Notes: generated by a model not told the origin, from the letters alone. Positions 18,301-28,985 are shown, numbered from the stretch's first letter. The stretch: 64,000 nucleotides of DNA from Myxococcota bacterium (GCA_965250285.1 OZ252299.1:3744001-3808000), one strand, 5' to 3'. Program-made: numbers and translations.

Positions 18301-18747
18301 GTGACCACCGCCCTGCTGCTCGTCCACTTTGCGTGCACCTGGTACCTCGTCGGTCTCTGCTGGCTCGTGCAGCGCGTGCAGTACCCGCTGATGAGCGCCG
18401 TCGGCGAGGAAGCCTTCACCGAGTACGAGCAGGGTCACGTCGCGCGTATTACGCCCGTCGTCGCACCGCCCATGCTGCTCGAGGCGGCGAGCGCGATGGC
18501 GCTGGTGATCGCGGCGCCCGCCCTGCTGACCTCCCCGCTCTTCTTGGCCACGGGCGTGCTGCTCGCCGTGATCTGGATCTCGACCTTCGCAGTGCAGGTG
18601 CCGCTGCATACCCGGTTGAGCGAGCGATTCGACGCCGCCGCGCACCGACGACTGGTGCGCACCAACTGGATCCGGACGGTGAGCTGGTCCCTTCGCGGGC
18701 TGCTGCTGCTCCCGATCGTCTTCTCGTGGATCCGCGGGACGGTGTGA
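18301..18747 (+). CDS. Hypothetical membrane protein
   Basis: About 4 TM; WLVQRVQYP, QVPLH..L, LVRTNWIRT. Confidence 0.8.
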   Translation: MTTALLLVHFACTWYLVGLCWLVQRVQYPLMSAVGEEAFTEYEQGHVARITPVVAPPMLLEAASAMALVIAAPALLTSPLFLATGVLLAVIWISTFAVQVPLHTRLSERFDAAAHRRLVRTNWIRTVSWSLRGLLLLPIVFSWIRGTV

Positions 18748-18795
18748 GCTGAAACGCCTTCAGGCGATGCGCAGGACGGCGTCGCCCGTGCGTGC

Positions 18796-19935
18796 TCACG
18801 GCGTAGCGGCCGGTTCCTCGCGCGGCGCCTCGGCTTCCGTACGGCGCAGCACCACGGTCCAGTACCAGAGCTCACAGGCGTAGCGGGTCGTGTGACGCCG
18901 GTAGAGCGCCTCGAAACGGCGGTAGAAGGCATCGCTGAGTCGCTGCACCTCCGTTTCGTTCTCGGCCGACGGCTCGAAGAGCTGCGTCCGCAACGTCGAG
19001 TCAGCGAAGGCCCGCGTGTAGCCCGTGTAGCGCTCGGCATACAGATCGGGGCGATCGACGAGATCCGCGAAGACGTCGCCCGGGTTCACCGCCGCGGGCT
19101 CGACCGCGACGTGCTCGATCTCGAACGCCCGCGCGAGCGCCGCATCTTCGACGAGCGGCCGTCGCACCTCGGCTTCGGTCATGAACCAGAGGCCGAAGAC
19201 GAACGCGTCGAGCACGTCCGGGCGCAACAGGCCTTCGTCGACCATCTCGCGTGCGACCCGCTGCAGAGCGCGGTAGATCCCCCGCCCGGAACACGCCGAC
19301 CCGTTCGCCTCGTTCGCATCGGGGACCGAGCCGAGGGACGAGACCAGCAGCGCACCGCCAGGGCGAAGCTCACTGGCCCGGCACTTCAAGAAGCGCCGCC
19401 AGTCACGCTCGGCGAGTGCGGCGAGCGCATCTCTCGGTGCGCCGTCGAGATCAGCGAACCAGACTGCGTCGGGCGCCTCGACGTGCGGCGCCGCGCTCAG
19501 CCAGTGGGCCGCCGCGAACGAAGTGCCCAGAACGATGGACCCCGGCGCAGCACATACGTCGTAGAAGCTGCCGATCGACGCCTCGGTGCGCACAGGGCCG
19601 GGACCAGCGCCGTACCCCTGCTCACCGGTCGCGCGCCGAAAGAGGGCGTTCCAATCGTTCCCCGGCTGATCCACGTGGCGCACCGTGATCGGCGCTTCGG
19701 CGAAGCGCGCGCGCAGCGCCTGCACCGCTGGAACGACGGCCTGCACGGCGGTGGGCCCCGGGCCACAGCCGTAGTCGGCGATCTCGATCTGGGCCGCGCC
19801 CACGTCCACCCGAGCCGCGAGCGCTCGGATCCGCGCTTCGTGAAATCGGATCAGCTCGAACTGCGCCCGCGAGTTCTCGCCGTACTCGACCATGCCCTCG
19901 GTCGAAGGGGGCGCGGCTCGCTCCGTTTCCTGCAT
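18796..19935 (-). CDS. SABATH-like SAM-dependent carboxyl methyltransferase
   Basis: IADYGCGPG, DQPGNDWNALF, GSFY, AHWLS, DWRRFL..RASELRPGG. Confidence 0.85.
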   Translation of the reverse strand: MQETERAAPPSTEGMVEYGENSRAQFELIRFHEARIRALAARVDVGAAQIEIADYGCGPGPTAVQAVVPAVQALRARFAEAPITVRHVDQPGNDWNALFRRATGEQGYGAGPGPVRTEASIGSFYDVCAAPGSIVLGTSFAAAHWLSAAPHVEAPDAVWFADLDGAPRDALAALAERDWRRFLKCRASELRPGGALLVSSLGSVPDANEANGSACSGRGIYRALQRVAREMVDEGLLRPDVLDAFVFGLWFMTEAEVRRPLVEDAALARAFEIEHVAVEPAAVNPGDVFADLVDRPDLYAERYTGYTRAFADSTLRTQLFEPSAENETEVQRLSDAFYRRFEALYRRHTTRYACELWYWTVVLRRTEAEAPREEPAATP

Positions 19936-20265
19936 GTGTTCCTCGCGTCGGCTCACTCGACGAATCGCCGTCTTCCGCCCGGACGGCCGACTTCACGTCG
20001 ATCAAGATACCAGGACGGCTCGCCTCCGAGCGGATCGCGAGGGCGTGAGGAGAGGTAGCGGAGCGCTCCGCGACTCGGAGGTCGCGGGGTCTCGCTCGTC
20101 GCAGGGCCCGGCTCGCCGGCTGCTCGCGACGCACACCCGATCCGGCCCGTTCGGGCCGTCTCCGAGTGCACGCTCGGCGCGAGATCGGGCGTAACCTCGA
20201 GCGCGCCAGGGCGTATCGAGATCTGCGACCCGCGATGTCGCAACGCCTCGCTGAGGAGGGACTCG

Positions 20266-21288
20266 ATGAGACCGACAGCATCCTTCGCACCGACGGTGCC
20301 CCTGCCTTCCTTCGTCGATCGCCGCCGACGCGCAGCGCTGTGCATGATGCTGGGCGTGATCCTCGCGGCGATCCAGCCACAACCGACCCACGCAGACGTG
20401 CCCCCCGAGCTCGGCCGCGTCGACTGGCAGCGCGATCTCGACGCCGCGCTCGCCGAGTCGGCCCGCTCGGGGCGGCCGGTCTTCGTGCTCTTTCAGGAGG
20501 TCCCGGGCTGCGCCACGTGTGTCTCGTTCGGACGCAACGTGCTCGATCACCCGCTGCTTGCCGAAGCGATCGAGACCGCGTTCGTTCCGATGCTCGTGTA
20601 CAACAATCGCGGCGGCCGCGATCGTGCGTGGCTCGCGCAATTCGGTGAGCCCGCCTGGAACAATCCGGTCGTGCGACTGCTCGATGCGAACGCCCGCGAT
20701 CTGGTGCCGCGTCGGTCGGGCGTCTGGACCCCCGAAGCCATCGGCGCACGCATGATGCAGGCCCTGCAGGCGGCAGGGCAGCCCGTACCCGACTATCTGT
20801 CTCTCGCCGTCGAAGAGCTCGACGCGCGGCCGGCGCGCCGGGCCGTGTTCGCCATGCACTGCTTCTGGGTCGGTGAAGCGTGTCTGGGTGAGATCCCGGG
20901 CGTGCTGTCGAGCCGTGCGGGCTTTCTCGCGGGTCGAGAGGTCGTCGAGCTCGAGTTCGACGAGCGCGTCGTCTCGTACCCGGCGCTGCTCGCAGCGGCC
21001 CGTGCGCAGGGTTGCGCGCGGGCCGTCTACGCTCTGACGCCGAGCGACCTCGAGGTGGCACGCAAGGTCTTCGGCGACGCCGCGAGTCTGGCCGAGACGA
21101 TTCCGCGCAGCGCACCCGACTCGGATCAGAAGCGTTCGCTGCGTGGCACACCCTTCGCGCAGCTCGAGCTCACGCCCCGCCAGCAGATGCGCGTGAACGC
21201 CGACCTCGCAGCGGGCCGATCGCCGGTGCGCCACCTGAGCCCACGCCAGCGCCGTGCGCTGTCCGCCGCGAGCGGCCGAAACTCCTGA
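20266..21288 (+). CDS. Exported thioredoxin-like protein (VPGUxxT-family Cys form) with an MsrA-like C-terminal domain
   Basis: Signal peptide; ELGRVDW, FQEVPGCATC, EPAWNNPVVR; FAMHCFWVGE. Confidence 0.8.
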   Translation: MRPTASFAPTVPLPSFVDRRRRAALCMMLGVILAAIQPQPTHADVPPELGRVDWQRDLDAALAESARSGRPVFVLFQEVPGCATCVSFGRNVLDHPLLAEAIETAFVPMLVYNNRGGRDRAWLAQFGEPAWNNPVVRLLDANARDLVPRRSGVWTPEAIGARMMQALQAAGQPVPDYLSLAVEELDARPARRAVFAMHCFWVGEACLGEIPGVLSSRAGFLAGREVVELEFDERVVSYPALLAAARAQGCARAVYALTPSDLEVARKVFGDAASLAETIPRSAPDSDQKRSLRGTPFAQLELTPRQQMRVNADLAAGRSPVRHLSPRQRRALSAASGRNS

Positions 21289-21414
21289 ACCTCCCGCGAG
21301 CACACCGCGCTGCGGTTCGCCCGCGCGAAGCGGCGCCCAGAGCGCGCACATTCGCCTTCGGGGCTTCGAAGGCGCGCATCCGGCCCCACCCCTTTCGAAT
21401 AGCGTGGTACTCGA

Positions 21415-21436
21415 TATAATTAGAGCATGGCTCTAA
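21415..21436 (+). promoter_or_regulatory. -10 box and palindromic operator centred on the TetR start codon
   Basis: TATAAT 21415-21420; TTAGAGC-ATG-GCTCTAA 21420-21436. Confidence 0.7.
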
Positions 21437-22077
21437 AAAAGACTCGAGTCGCGGGGCGCCGTCGACGAGGCAGACCGCCTGCGGATGCAGCCGCCACCCA
21501 CGCCTGCCGCGATCGCATCGTCGATACCGCCGCGGCCCTGTTCGCGCGCAACGGCTTCGCGCGCACCACCACCGCCGCGATCGCGCGCGAATCGGGCACA
21601 TCCGATGGAACGCTCTTCCACCACTTCCCGACCAAGCGCGCCCTGCTGGCCGAAGTCGGCCGCCGCGAGGGGCAGCGCGTGCTCGATCTCGCCTTCGACG
21701 GAGTCGATCCGGCCGCGCCCCCGCCCGATCCCCGACAGCTGATCGGCCCGCTCTTCGACTACGCCCATCGCGCCCCCGACACCTATCGACTCTTCGCGAT
21801 GGACGGCGACCTCGAAGATCTCGAGAGCGGCTTCTCGGCAAAGCGAGACCTCATCGTCGGTGGTCTCGCCGGGCTGCTGGCGGGCTGGAGCGCACGCGGA
21901 TTCGTTCGCCGGATGGATCCCGACGTCGTCGCGGCACTGGTCTTCGCCGTCGTCGACGCCGCCGTGCGCCGGCTCGTGCTCGAAGACCGCTGGTCGGAGC
22001 GCGAGGTGTGGGAGTCGGAGTCGTGTCGCGCGGTGCGCACGCTCCTCGGCCTCGCGGCGGCTCCGAGCACCGGGTGA
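21427..22077 (+). CDS. TetR/AcrR family regulator
   Basis: RIVDTAAALFARNGF..TTTAAIARESG...TLFHHFPTK. Confidence 0.92.
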   Translation: MALKKTRVAGRRRRGRPPADAAATHACRDRIVDTAAALFARNGFARTTTAAIARESGTSDGTLFHHFPTKRALLAEVGRREGQRVLDLAFDGVDPAAPPPDPRQLIGPLFDYAHRAPDTYRLFAMDGDLEDLESGFSAKRDLIVGGLAGLLAGWSARGFVRRMDPDVVAALVFAVVDAAVRRLVLEDRWSEREVWESESCRAVRTLLGLAAAPSTG

Positions 22078-22093
22078 TCGAGAGGAGACGAGC

Positions 22094-23035
22094 GTGGATC
22101 GAAACGACGGCGCACATGTCACACGAAGGCCCACCACCTCGATCGCCCGCCGCATGGCGGCCGCGATGTGGCGTCAAGCCGAACGCAGTGTCGTGTGCCC
22201 GGCCGAGCCCCGGCTCGACGAACGCGTCGCCCTCGTGACCGGCGGCGGCCGGGGGATCGGGTTCGAGACGAGCCGCGGGCTCGCCCGGCGCGGCGCCGAG
22301 GTCATCCTCGCCGCCCGCGGCGAAGCTGCGGGGCAGAGCGCGGCCCGCGCGCTCGAGGCCGAAACGAACCGACCCGCCCACTTCGCGCCCCTCGATCTCG
22401 CCGACCTGCAGCAGATCCCCAGGGCCCTCGATCACATCGAGAAGCGGCTCGCTGGGCGTCGGCTCGACGTGCTGGTGGCCAACGCCGGCCTGTGGCCCGC
22501 GCGCCATGCGCGCTCTGCGCAGGGATACGAGATCGCGTTCGCGACGAACGCGCTCGGTCATCACGCCCTGATTCGAGGGCTCCTCGAACGCGGTCTGGTC
22601 GGCGACCAGGCGCGCGTCGCGGTGCTGACGGGCGACATCTATGTCTTCTCGAACGAGTGCACGGCCGACTTCGAGTATCGCGGGCGACTCGGCGGCCAGC
22701 TCGCGTACTGTCGAAGCAAGCTCGGCAATCTCTGGTACGCACGGGAGCTGGCGCGCCGTCAGCCGCGCCTGCGCGTGCACGCAGTGCACCCCGGCGTCGT
22801 GGCGTCCGAGCTCGGGGGCATCGAGGGCGGGCTCGCGGCCTGGTTCAAACGCAGGACGATGATCTCGCTCGAGCAAGGCGCCCAGGCCTCGCTCTACTGC
22901 GCGACGCAGCGCGACCTACCGAGTGGCAGCTACTTCCACAACGTACTGGGCCGCATGGAGCTCGATCCGCGCGACGCCGGCGCCGACGAGGCGAAGGCGC
23001 GCGCCTTCTGGGACTTGCTCGAGCGCCTGTGCTGA
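22094..23035 (+). CDS. SDR oxidoreductase (retinol dehydrogenase-like)
   Basis: TGGGRGIG, NAG, YCRSK, HPGVV; GTG start with GAGGAG. Confidence 0.9.
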   Translation: MDRNDGAHVTRRPTTSIARRMAAAMWRQAERSVVCPAEPRLDERVALVTGGGRGIGFETSRGLARRGAEVILAARGEAAGQSAARALEAETNRPAHFAPLDLADLQQIPRALDHIEKRLAGRRLDVLVANAGLWPARHARSAQGYEIAFATNALGHHALIRGLLERGLVGDQARVAVLTGDIYVFSNECTADFEYRGRLGGQLAYCRSKLGNLWYARELARRQPRLRVHAVHPGVVASELGGIEGGLAAWFKRRTMISLEQGAQASLYCATQRDLPSGSYFHNVLGRMELDPRDAGADEAKARAFWDLLERLC

Positions 23036-23072
23036 CCGGCGGCGACTCGAGCAGGCGCTTGGTTCGGCTCGA

Positions 23073-23783
23073 TCACGCGTCGCGCATGATTCGCCGCGCG
23101 AGCCCGGGGGCGAGCCGCATGAGGGGAGGGAGCAGGCGCGCCTTGCCGATGTAGATCTCGTCTTGACCGGCGTCGAGTTTGGCCAGCAGCGCAGCACAGA
23201 ACGCGCCGGGCTCGATCGCCCCGTCGTGGCGCCCTTCGGTCATGGGCGTGCGCACGAGCGGCGTCACCACGTCGACCACGCGCACGCGACGGCCCGCGGT
23301 CTGGTACCGCAGCGTCCGTGAGAAGCTCGAGAGCCCGGCCTTCGCCGCGCAGTAGATCGGCGCGCTGGCCTTCGGTGCGATCGCGAGCCCCGACGAGAGA
23401 TTCACGATGCAACCCGAGGCCGCCTCGACCTCGCCCATCAACCCCGCGCAGAGATGCATCGGCGCCACGAGATCGATCGCGATCTCACGCTCGATGTCGC
23501 CTGACTCGAGCTTCGGACCCACCTCGCAGAGCTGCTGCACGCCGGCGTTGTTCACCAGCAGGTCGAGCCGGGGCGCTTCGCCGCGTACCCAGTCGATCAG
23601 TGCATCTCGCTCGGCTCGCTCCGCCAGATCGAAGCGGCGATAGGTGGCAGCGGTGGCCAGCTCTCTCGGCGCGTCGGCTCGGGATCCGGTCGTGAGTACG
23701 CGCATCCCGCGTTCGCAGAGTCTCGACACGAGCTCGAGGCCGATCCCCGAGCTTCCCCCCGTCACGAGTGCAGTGGCTTCCAT
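23073..23783 (-). CDS. SDR oxidoreductase (DltE-like)
   Basis: TGGSSGIG, NNAG, SSGLA..PK, YCAAK. Confidence 0.9.
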   Translation of the reverse strand: MEATALVTGGSSGIGLELVSRLCERGMRVLTTGSRADAPRELATAATYRRFDLAERAERDALIDWVRGEAPRLDLLVNNAGVQQLCEVGPKLESGDIEREIAIDLVAPMHLCAGLMGEVEAASGCIVNLSSGLAIAPKASAPIYCAAKAGLSSFSRTLRYQTAGRRVRVVDVVTPLVRTPMTEGRHDGAIEPGAFCAALLAKLDAGQDEIYIGKARLLPPLMRLAPGLARRIMRDA

Positions 23784-23872
23784 CCTGCGTCCTCCTCGAT
23801 GCTCGATCTTGCCGGCCGCGTGGCTGCGGGGCTTGAACGATCGCGCCAGAATCGAGGCGGAGAGGAGAATCG

Positions 23873-24823
23873 ATGTCACGACGCACGCCGACGACCGACG
23901 ACGCCTTCGCGCACGCCGGCCTCGTCGCGCTGATCCTCGCTTCACTGCGCCAGGACGCGCCCGAGCTCATCCCGGCCGAGCTCGCGGCGCCCGACGGCGT
24001 GCGCCGGGCCCACGCGCCTCTCCACCTGAAGCGCGACCTGCTCGTTCTCGCCTGGCAGACCCGCGGGCCGCGCTTCGTGTTCGACATGGGGCGCTGCATC
24101 GAAGGCTTCGAGACGCACCCGATCCTCGAAGCGATGCTGCGATCTCGGGACGGCGACGTCCTGCTCGAGAAGTGGGCGCGATACGAACGCTATGCGCACG
24201 GCCGCCACCGCACGCGTCGACTGCGAGCCGCGGCGGGCGACTACGAGCTCGAGCACTTCGCACGCGCGGGCGCGCCCCCGACCCCGGCCGAGGACATCTT
24301 CATCCTCGGTTTCCTCGCCGCCCTGCTCGAGCGGCTCGCGTTGCCCGACATCGGGGTCGGCTTTTCGCGCCGCGATCGCCGCCTGATCGAGGGGGGCGTG
24401 CGACTCGAAGTCGGCGAAGAAGCGTTCCAGGGCGACACGTCGCGCTGGCGGCTGACGTTCGCGCCCGGGTTGCACGCGATCAGCGCAGCCCCCGCGCCGG
24501 CCGACCCCGGTGACGCCGCCGGGTGCGTGCGTGCGCTGCTCCGGGAGGATCCGGCCCGAAGCTGGAGCGTCGCACAGGCCGCGCGCGCCACCGGCCAATC
24601 TGCTCGCTCGCTGCAACGTCGGCTCGCCGCGAGCGGAACCGCCTTCGCCCAGCTCGTGCGCGAGGCCCGGGTGGCCGAAGCCTGTCGCCTGCTCGAGACG
24701 ACGTCGCACTCGCTCACCGAAGTGGGCTACGCCGCCGGCTTCAGCGACGCGGCCCACTTCTCCCGCGACTTCCGGGCATCGACGGGCGCCACCCCGACGG
24801 AGTTTCGGGTGGTGGTTTCCTGA
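23873..24823 (+). CDS. AraC family regulator
   Basis: SARSLQRRL...GFSDAAHFSRDFR..G.TP. Confidence 0.9.
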   Translation: MSRRTPTTDDAFAHAGLVALILASLRQDAPELIPAELAAPDGVRRAHAPLHLKRDLLVLAWQTRGPRFVFDMGRCIEGFETHPILEAMLRSRDGDVLLEKWARYERYAHGRHRTRRLRAAAGDYELEHFARAGAPPTPAEDIFILGFLAALLERLALPDIGVGFSRRDRRLIEGGVRLEVGEEAFQGDTSRWRLTFAPGLHAISAAPAPADPGDAAGCVRALLREDPARSWSVAQAARATGQSARSLQRRLAASGTAFAQLVREARVAEACRLLETTSHSLTEVGYAAGFSDAAHFSRDFRASTGATPTEFRVVVS

Positions 24824-24888
24824 CCGAGACCGAGAGGGGTGTTGTTGCGCACTCATCGCTCATGATCGATGAATGGAACGTTGTCGGC

Positions 24889-25773
24889 TCAGGCCTCTCC
24901 GACCGTCCCCGCCCAGGGTTCGAAGTCACCGCGAAAGGCGAACTTGCTGCGCATGATCCGCGGCGCCGCGCGCGCGTTCGGCGCCCCCGAATGCCCCACC
25001 AGGGGGTGGAGCAGCCAGGCGTCCCCGGCTCGGCCAACCATCTCGTGCACGCGCAGCACGATCGGCTCCTCGAGATCTCGCCCCCCGACCGACTCGACGA
25101 TCTCGTCGCGCTCCATGAAGGTTCGGATGCGCTCGTCTCGCGAGCGCGCGCCGCCCTGCTGGAGCTCGTCGAGCCAGGGATGACTGCGAAACACGGCCGC
25201 TCTTTGCACCGCCTGCTTCGCGCTCCGCTCCTCGTCGGTCCACGTGCGGTAGAGATGCACCGAATAGGCGTGCAGGCCCTCGATGAAGAGTGTGGTGCCC
25301 CCGCCCGGCTCGTGATCCTCGAGCAGAACGAACAAGTGCACGCCCGGCGTACCGGGCGCACGCCAGTCTGCGTAGGGCGCGATCGGACTGTCCCAGTGCC
25401 AGCGCTGCTCTGGCAAGAACCACTGATCGACGCGCTCCAGCTGGGGAAAGGTGAACATCATCATCCCCCAGTCGGACCCGCCGTGAAGCGCCCATTCAGG
25501 CGAACTGAAGACCTCGCTCAGGGCCGCGTCGAGGTGCGGCGAGCCTCGCTCGTGAACCCGCGCGAGACGACGGGGGCGCTTGAGATTCTTCGGCGGTTGA
25601 ACCCACGTGCCCGGATCGCCCCGCACGACCCCATGCAGGTCGGCGAGCTCGCGCCACGCGGTGTCGACGATGCGCTCTCGCTCGGTTTCGTCGATCGCGC
25701 CCGCGAGCCGGCCGAATCCGCGTCGGCGGATCCCGTCGAGATCGAGCTCGGTCGTTCGCGTCGACTGCATCAT
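24889..25773 (-). CDS. Phytanoyl-CoA dioxygenase (PhyH)-like Fe(II)/2OG enzyme
   Basis: WHWD (HxD), GGGT, GRAGDAWLLHP..H, PR. Confidence 0.75.
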   Translation of the reverse strand: MMQSTRTTELDLDGIRRRGFGRLAGAIDETERERIVDTAWRELADLHGVVRGDPGTWVQPPKNLKRPRRLARVHERGSPHLDAALSEVFSSPEWALHGGSDWGMMMFTFPQLERVDQWFLPEQRWHWDSPIAPYADWRAPGTPGVHLFVLLEDHEPGGGTTLFIEGLHAYSVHLYRTWTDEERSAKQAVQRAAVFRSHPWLDELQQGGARSRDERIRTFMERDEIVESVGGRDLEEPIVLRVHEMVGRAGDAWLLHPLVGHSGAPNARAAPRIMRSKFAFRGDFEPWAGTVGEA

Positions 25774-25806
25774 GTTCGCAGCGTGCTCAGCCGTCGTGGC
25801 GCGTGC

Positions 25807-28800
25807 TCACGCCACCTGCTGAAGCAGTGACCTCGCCGTACCGAGCTCGGGGAACACCGCTGCGTCATCGAAGCGTGCACACGTCGAAGAGAGCACGGCC
25901 CGCGCCTCGTCGGTTCGGCCCTCGGTCAGGCGAAGTCGCGCGAGCCCCGCGACGGCTCGTAGCTCGAAGAGGGTCGCACCCTGCGCGCGGGCGGTGGCGA
26001 TCGCCTGCTCGAACGTGCTCGCGGCCGCGAGACCGTCCCCGGTCTGCGTCAGGACGTGGCCCTTGTCGGAGAGCAGCCACGGATCACTCCAGATCTCGCC
26101 GGTCTGGCTGCTGAGACCGAGGCCGCGATCGAGGGTGGCGATGGCCTCTTCGTGCTGTCCGGCGAGCGCGAGCGCACGCGCCAGATGGCGCATGCCGGTC
26201 GGCGCGAAGATCAACCCGCCCGTCGCGCCATAGCTCGCGAAGCCCGCCTGCATCTCGACGAGCCCCTCTTCGACGGCGCCGCCCTCGGCGAGCGACAGCG
26301 CGTGAAAGACCCGCGCCATCCGCCAATTGGGAAACTGCTCGTCGCGCGCATAGCCCATCGCCCGCTCGGCGAGGTCGGCGAGCTCGTCGCCGCGGCCTTC
26401 GAGGGTCGCCGCGAGCCCGGTCGCGAACGTCAGCGAGTAGCCGATGCTGTGGATGTGCCCGAGCTGCTCCGAGTGCGCGATGCCCTCTTGGCTCGCCTCC
26501 CAGGCCGACGTCGGATCGCCGCGGACGGCCAGAATGAGCGGCAGGTAGCAGAGTGACGTCGTCTTCTGATCCTGCGCGTTGATCGTCGCGTGCTCGAGCT
26601 CGGCCGGGGACGCCATGTCATAGAGCTCGATGGCGCGGCGGATGGAGCGCTCGGCCGTCTCGTGCTCGGCCATGGAGAAGGCGGCGCAGCCGATCGTTCG
26701 CGTCGCCGCGACCCGGTGGATCAATCGGCCGTGCTGCTCGGCCGTCTCGTGGAACTCACGGGCCACCTGCTTCGCCTGCTCGAGACGACCACCCATGTGG
26801 TGGAAGCCGAAGAGCCCCGGATAGGCTTGCAGCTTCGCATCGGCCACGTCGAGACGAGCCGCCGTCTCGAGTGCGTGCGTGTACGCCTCGCCGGCGGGCG
26901 GCGACGCGAAACCGACGGCCCCTGCGTGCGCCTCGCCGAGGCCGAGCCGCAGCTGCATCTCGGTCTCTTCCCGGTCGGTGTCGTCGGGCAGGTGCTCGAG
27001 CAGACCGATCGCCGTGTCGTAGGCCGAGATCGCCTCCGAGAAGGACGACCGCGACGCCGCGCGTCGACCACCGCGAAGCCACGCCGCGATGCTCTCGGGG
27101 AACATCCGCGCCTCGCCGTAGTGCCGCGCGAGGAGCTCGGGCTGAAGCCTGGCGACGTCTTCGAACTGCCCTTCGATCGCCAAAGCGATGCGCGCGTGCA
27201 GGTCGATGCGCTCATCGCGCAGCATCAGGTCATACGCCGCATTGCGCAGCAGGTCGTGACGGAACGCATAAGCCGCTTCTCCGTCGCCGAAGACACGCTG
27301 CAGCACGCCCGCGCGCTCGAGCGCCTCGAGACTGTCGACCAGCTGGTCGCCTGCGAGGGCGCTGACGGCTTCGAGGAGCGCGTGCGAGAAGCTCCGCCCG
27401 AGAGCCGACGCCGTGCGCGCCACCCGGCGCGCCGAGCCGAGACCGTCGAGGCGCGCGACCAGCGAGTCGCGAACGAGCAGCGGCATGTCGTCGGGCTTGC
27501 CGCTCGATTCGAGTGCATCGGCGCCCACGTCGATCGCCGCGCGCGTGAGCTCTTCGACGAACAACGGGACGCCAGCTGCCCGGTCGATGATCGATTCGAC
27601 GACTTGGGCGGCGAGCGGCGACGAACCCGTCATGGCGTCGATGATGCCCTCGGCCTGCGTCCGGTTGAGCCGATCGAGCGGGACGTGTTCGACGTGCTCA
27701 CCGAGGGCGCCGGCGAGTCCATCGGTCCAACGCGAGGTCACCAGGACGAGCATGCGACGATCCCGCGCCCGCAGGCAGAGCTCGCGCAGCACGTCGGCCG
27801 TCGACGGATCGATCCAGTGCGCGTCTTCGAAGATCGCGACCGCGACACCGTCTCGGGTGAGGGCATCGATGGCGTCGAGGGTCAGCCGCGTGACGTCCGA
27901 CTTGATCTGCGCTTCAGCGGCGGCCGTCCGGGGCTCGGCCGCCGCGTCGGTGAGGCCGAGCATCTCGGCCGCGACCGCGGCGTACCGATCCTCATCGAGC
28001 GAGAGGGCAGACAGCAGCGCGCGAATGCGATCGGGCGTCGAGCTGCCGGGCGGCGTCGCGATCCGCGCGAGGCTCGCTCGCAGCTGACCCACGATGGGAT
28101 GGAAGGCCGTCGCCTGATGGTCGGCCGAGCACTGAAGTAGGTGACGCCGCCCTCGCGCCCCTCCACCTGCTCGCGAAACTCGGCGACGACGCGCGATTTG
28201 CCGATCCCGGCTTCGCCCGACACGAAGACCGCGCCGCCGCGTCCGGCCCGCGCCTCGGCATAGCGCGCGTCGAGATCGTTGATCTGAGCCGTACGACCGA
28301 CGAGCGGGGCGTGGGGCGCGACCCGGGCCGCGAATCGCCCCTCGACCGCGCGCGGCGCGTCGACGCGCCAAGCGGGCACGGGCTCGGAGAAGCCTTTCAG
28401 CCCCGAGCGACCGAGCGAGACGCCGTCGAAGTAGCCCGCCGTCAGGCTCCGCGTCGACTGACACACGATGACTTCATCGGGGGAGGCGAGGTTCTGCAGG
28501 CGCGCCGCCAGCGGCAGCGCCTCACCATGCGCCGTGAGCTCGCGGGCAGGACCATGGCTCTGCACCTCACCCACGACGACCTCGCCCGTCGCGATCCCGA
28601 CCCGCGTGTGCAGGGGCCCGCCATGGGGGACGTCGAGCTTCGGGATCGCCTCGGCGAGTGCGAGACCGGCGTCGATGGCGCGGCGCGCGTCCTCGCCCCC
28701 CGACTGCCGCACACCGAAGTAGGCGAGACTGCCGTCCCCCGCGTAGCGAGCAATCATGCCCCCGTGCTCGTGGATGATGCGCGTCCCGCACTCGTTGAAG

Positions 28801-28985
28801 ATGTGGATCGTCTGCTGAACGTCTTCAGGGTCGAGCCCCGACGCCAGCTTCGTGTAATCGACGAGGTCGTAGATGAGCACGCTCAGCGGGCGTCGTTCGA
28901 CGACGATCTCGGCCGTCGGCATGCCGCACTGCGAGCAGAATCGGCTGCCCTCGGCGAGTTCGAACTGGCAGCTCTCGCATCTCAT
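25807..28985 (-). pseudogene. Zn-ribbon + class III nucleotide cyclase + ATPase + TPR-like protein, split by a 1-nt frameshift near 28134
   Basis: CESC..CSQC, YDLVDYT, YAGDG, GEAGIGKS in one frame; QCSADHQ, FEDAHWID, GVPLFVEE and TPR-like tail in the next; TTC-AGTGC lacks one C for F-Q-C. Confidence 0.85.
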
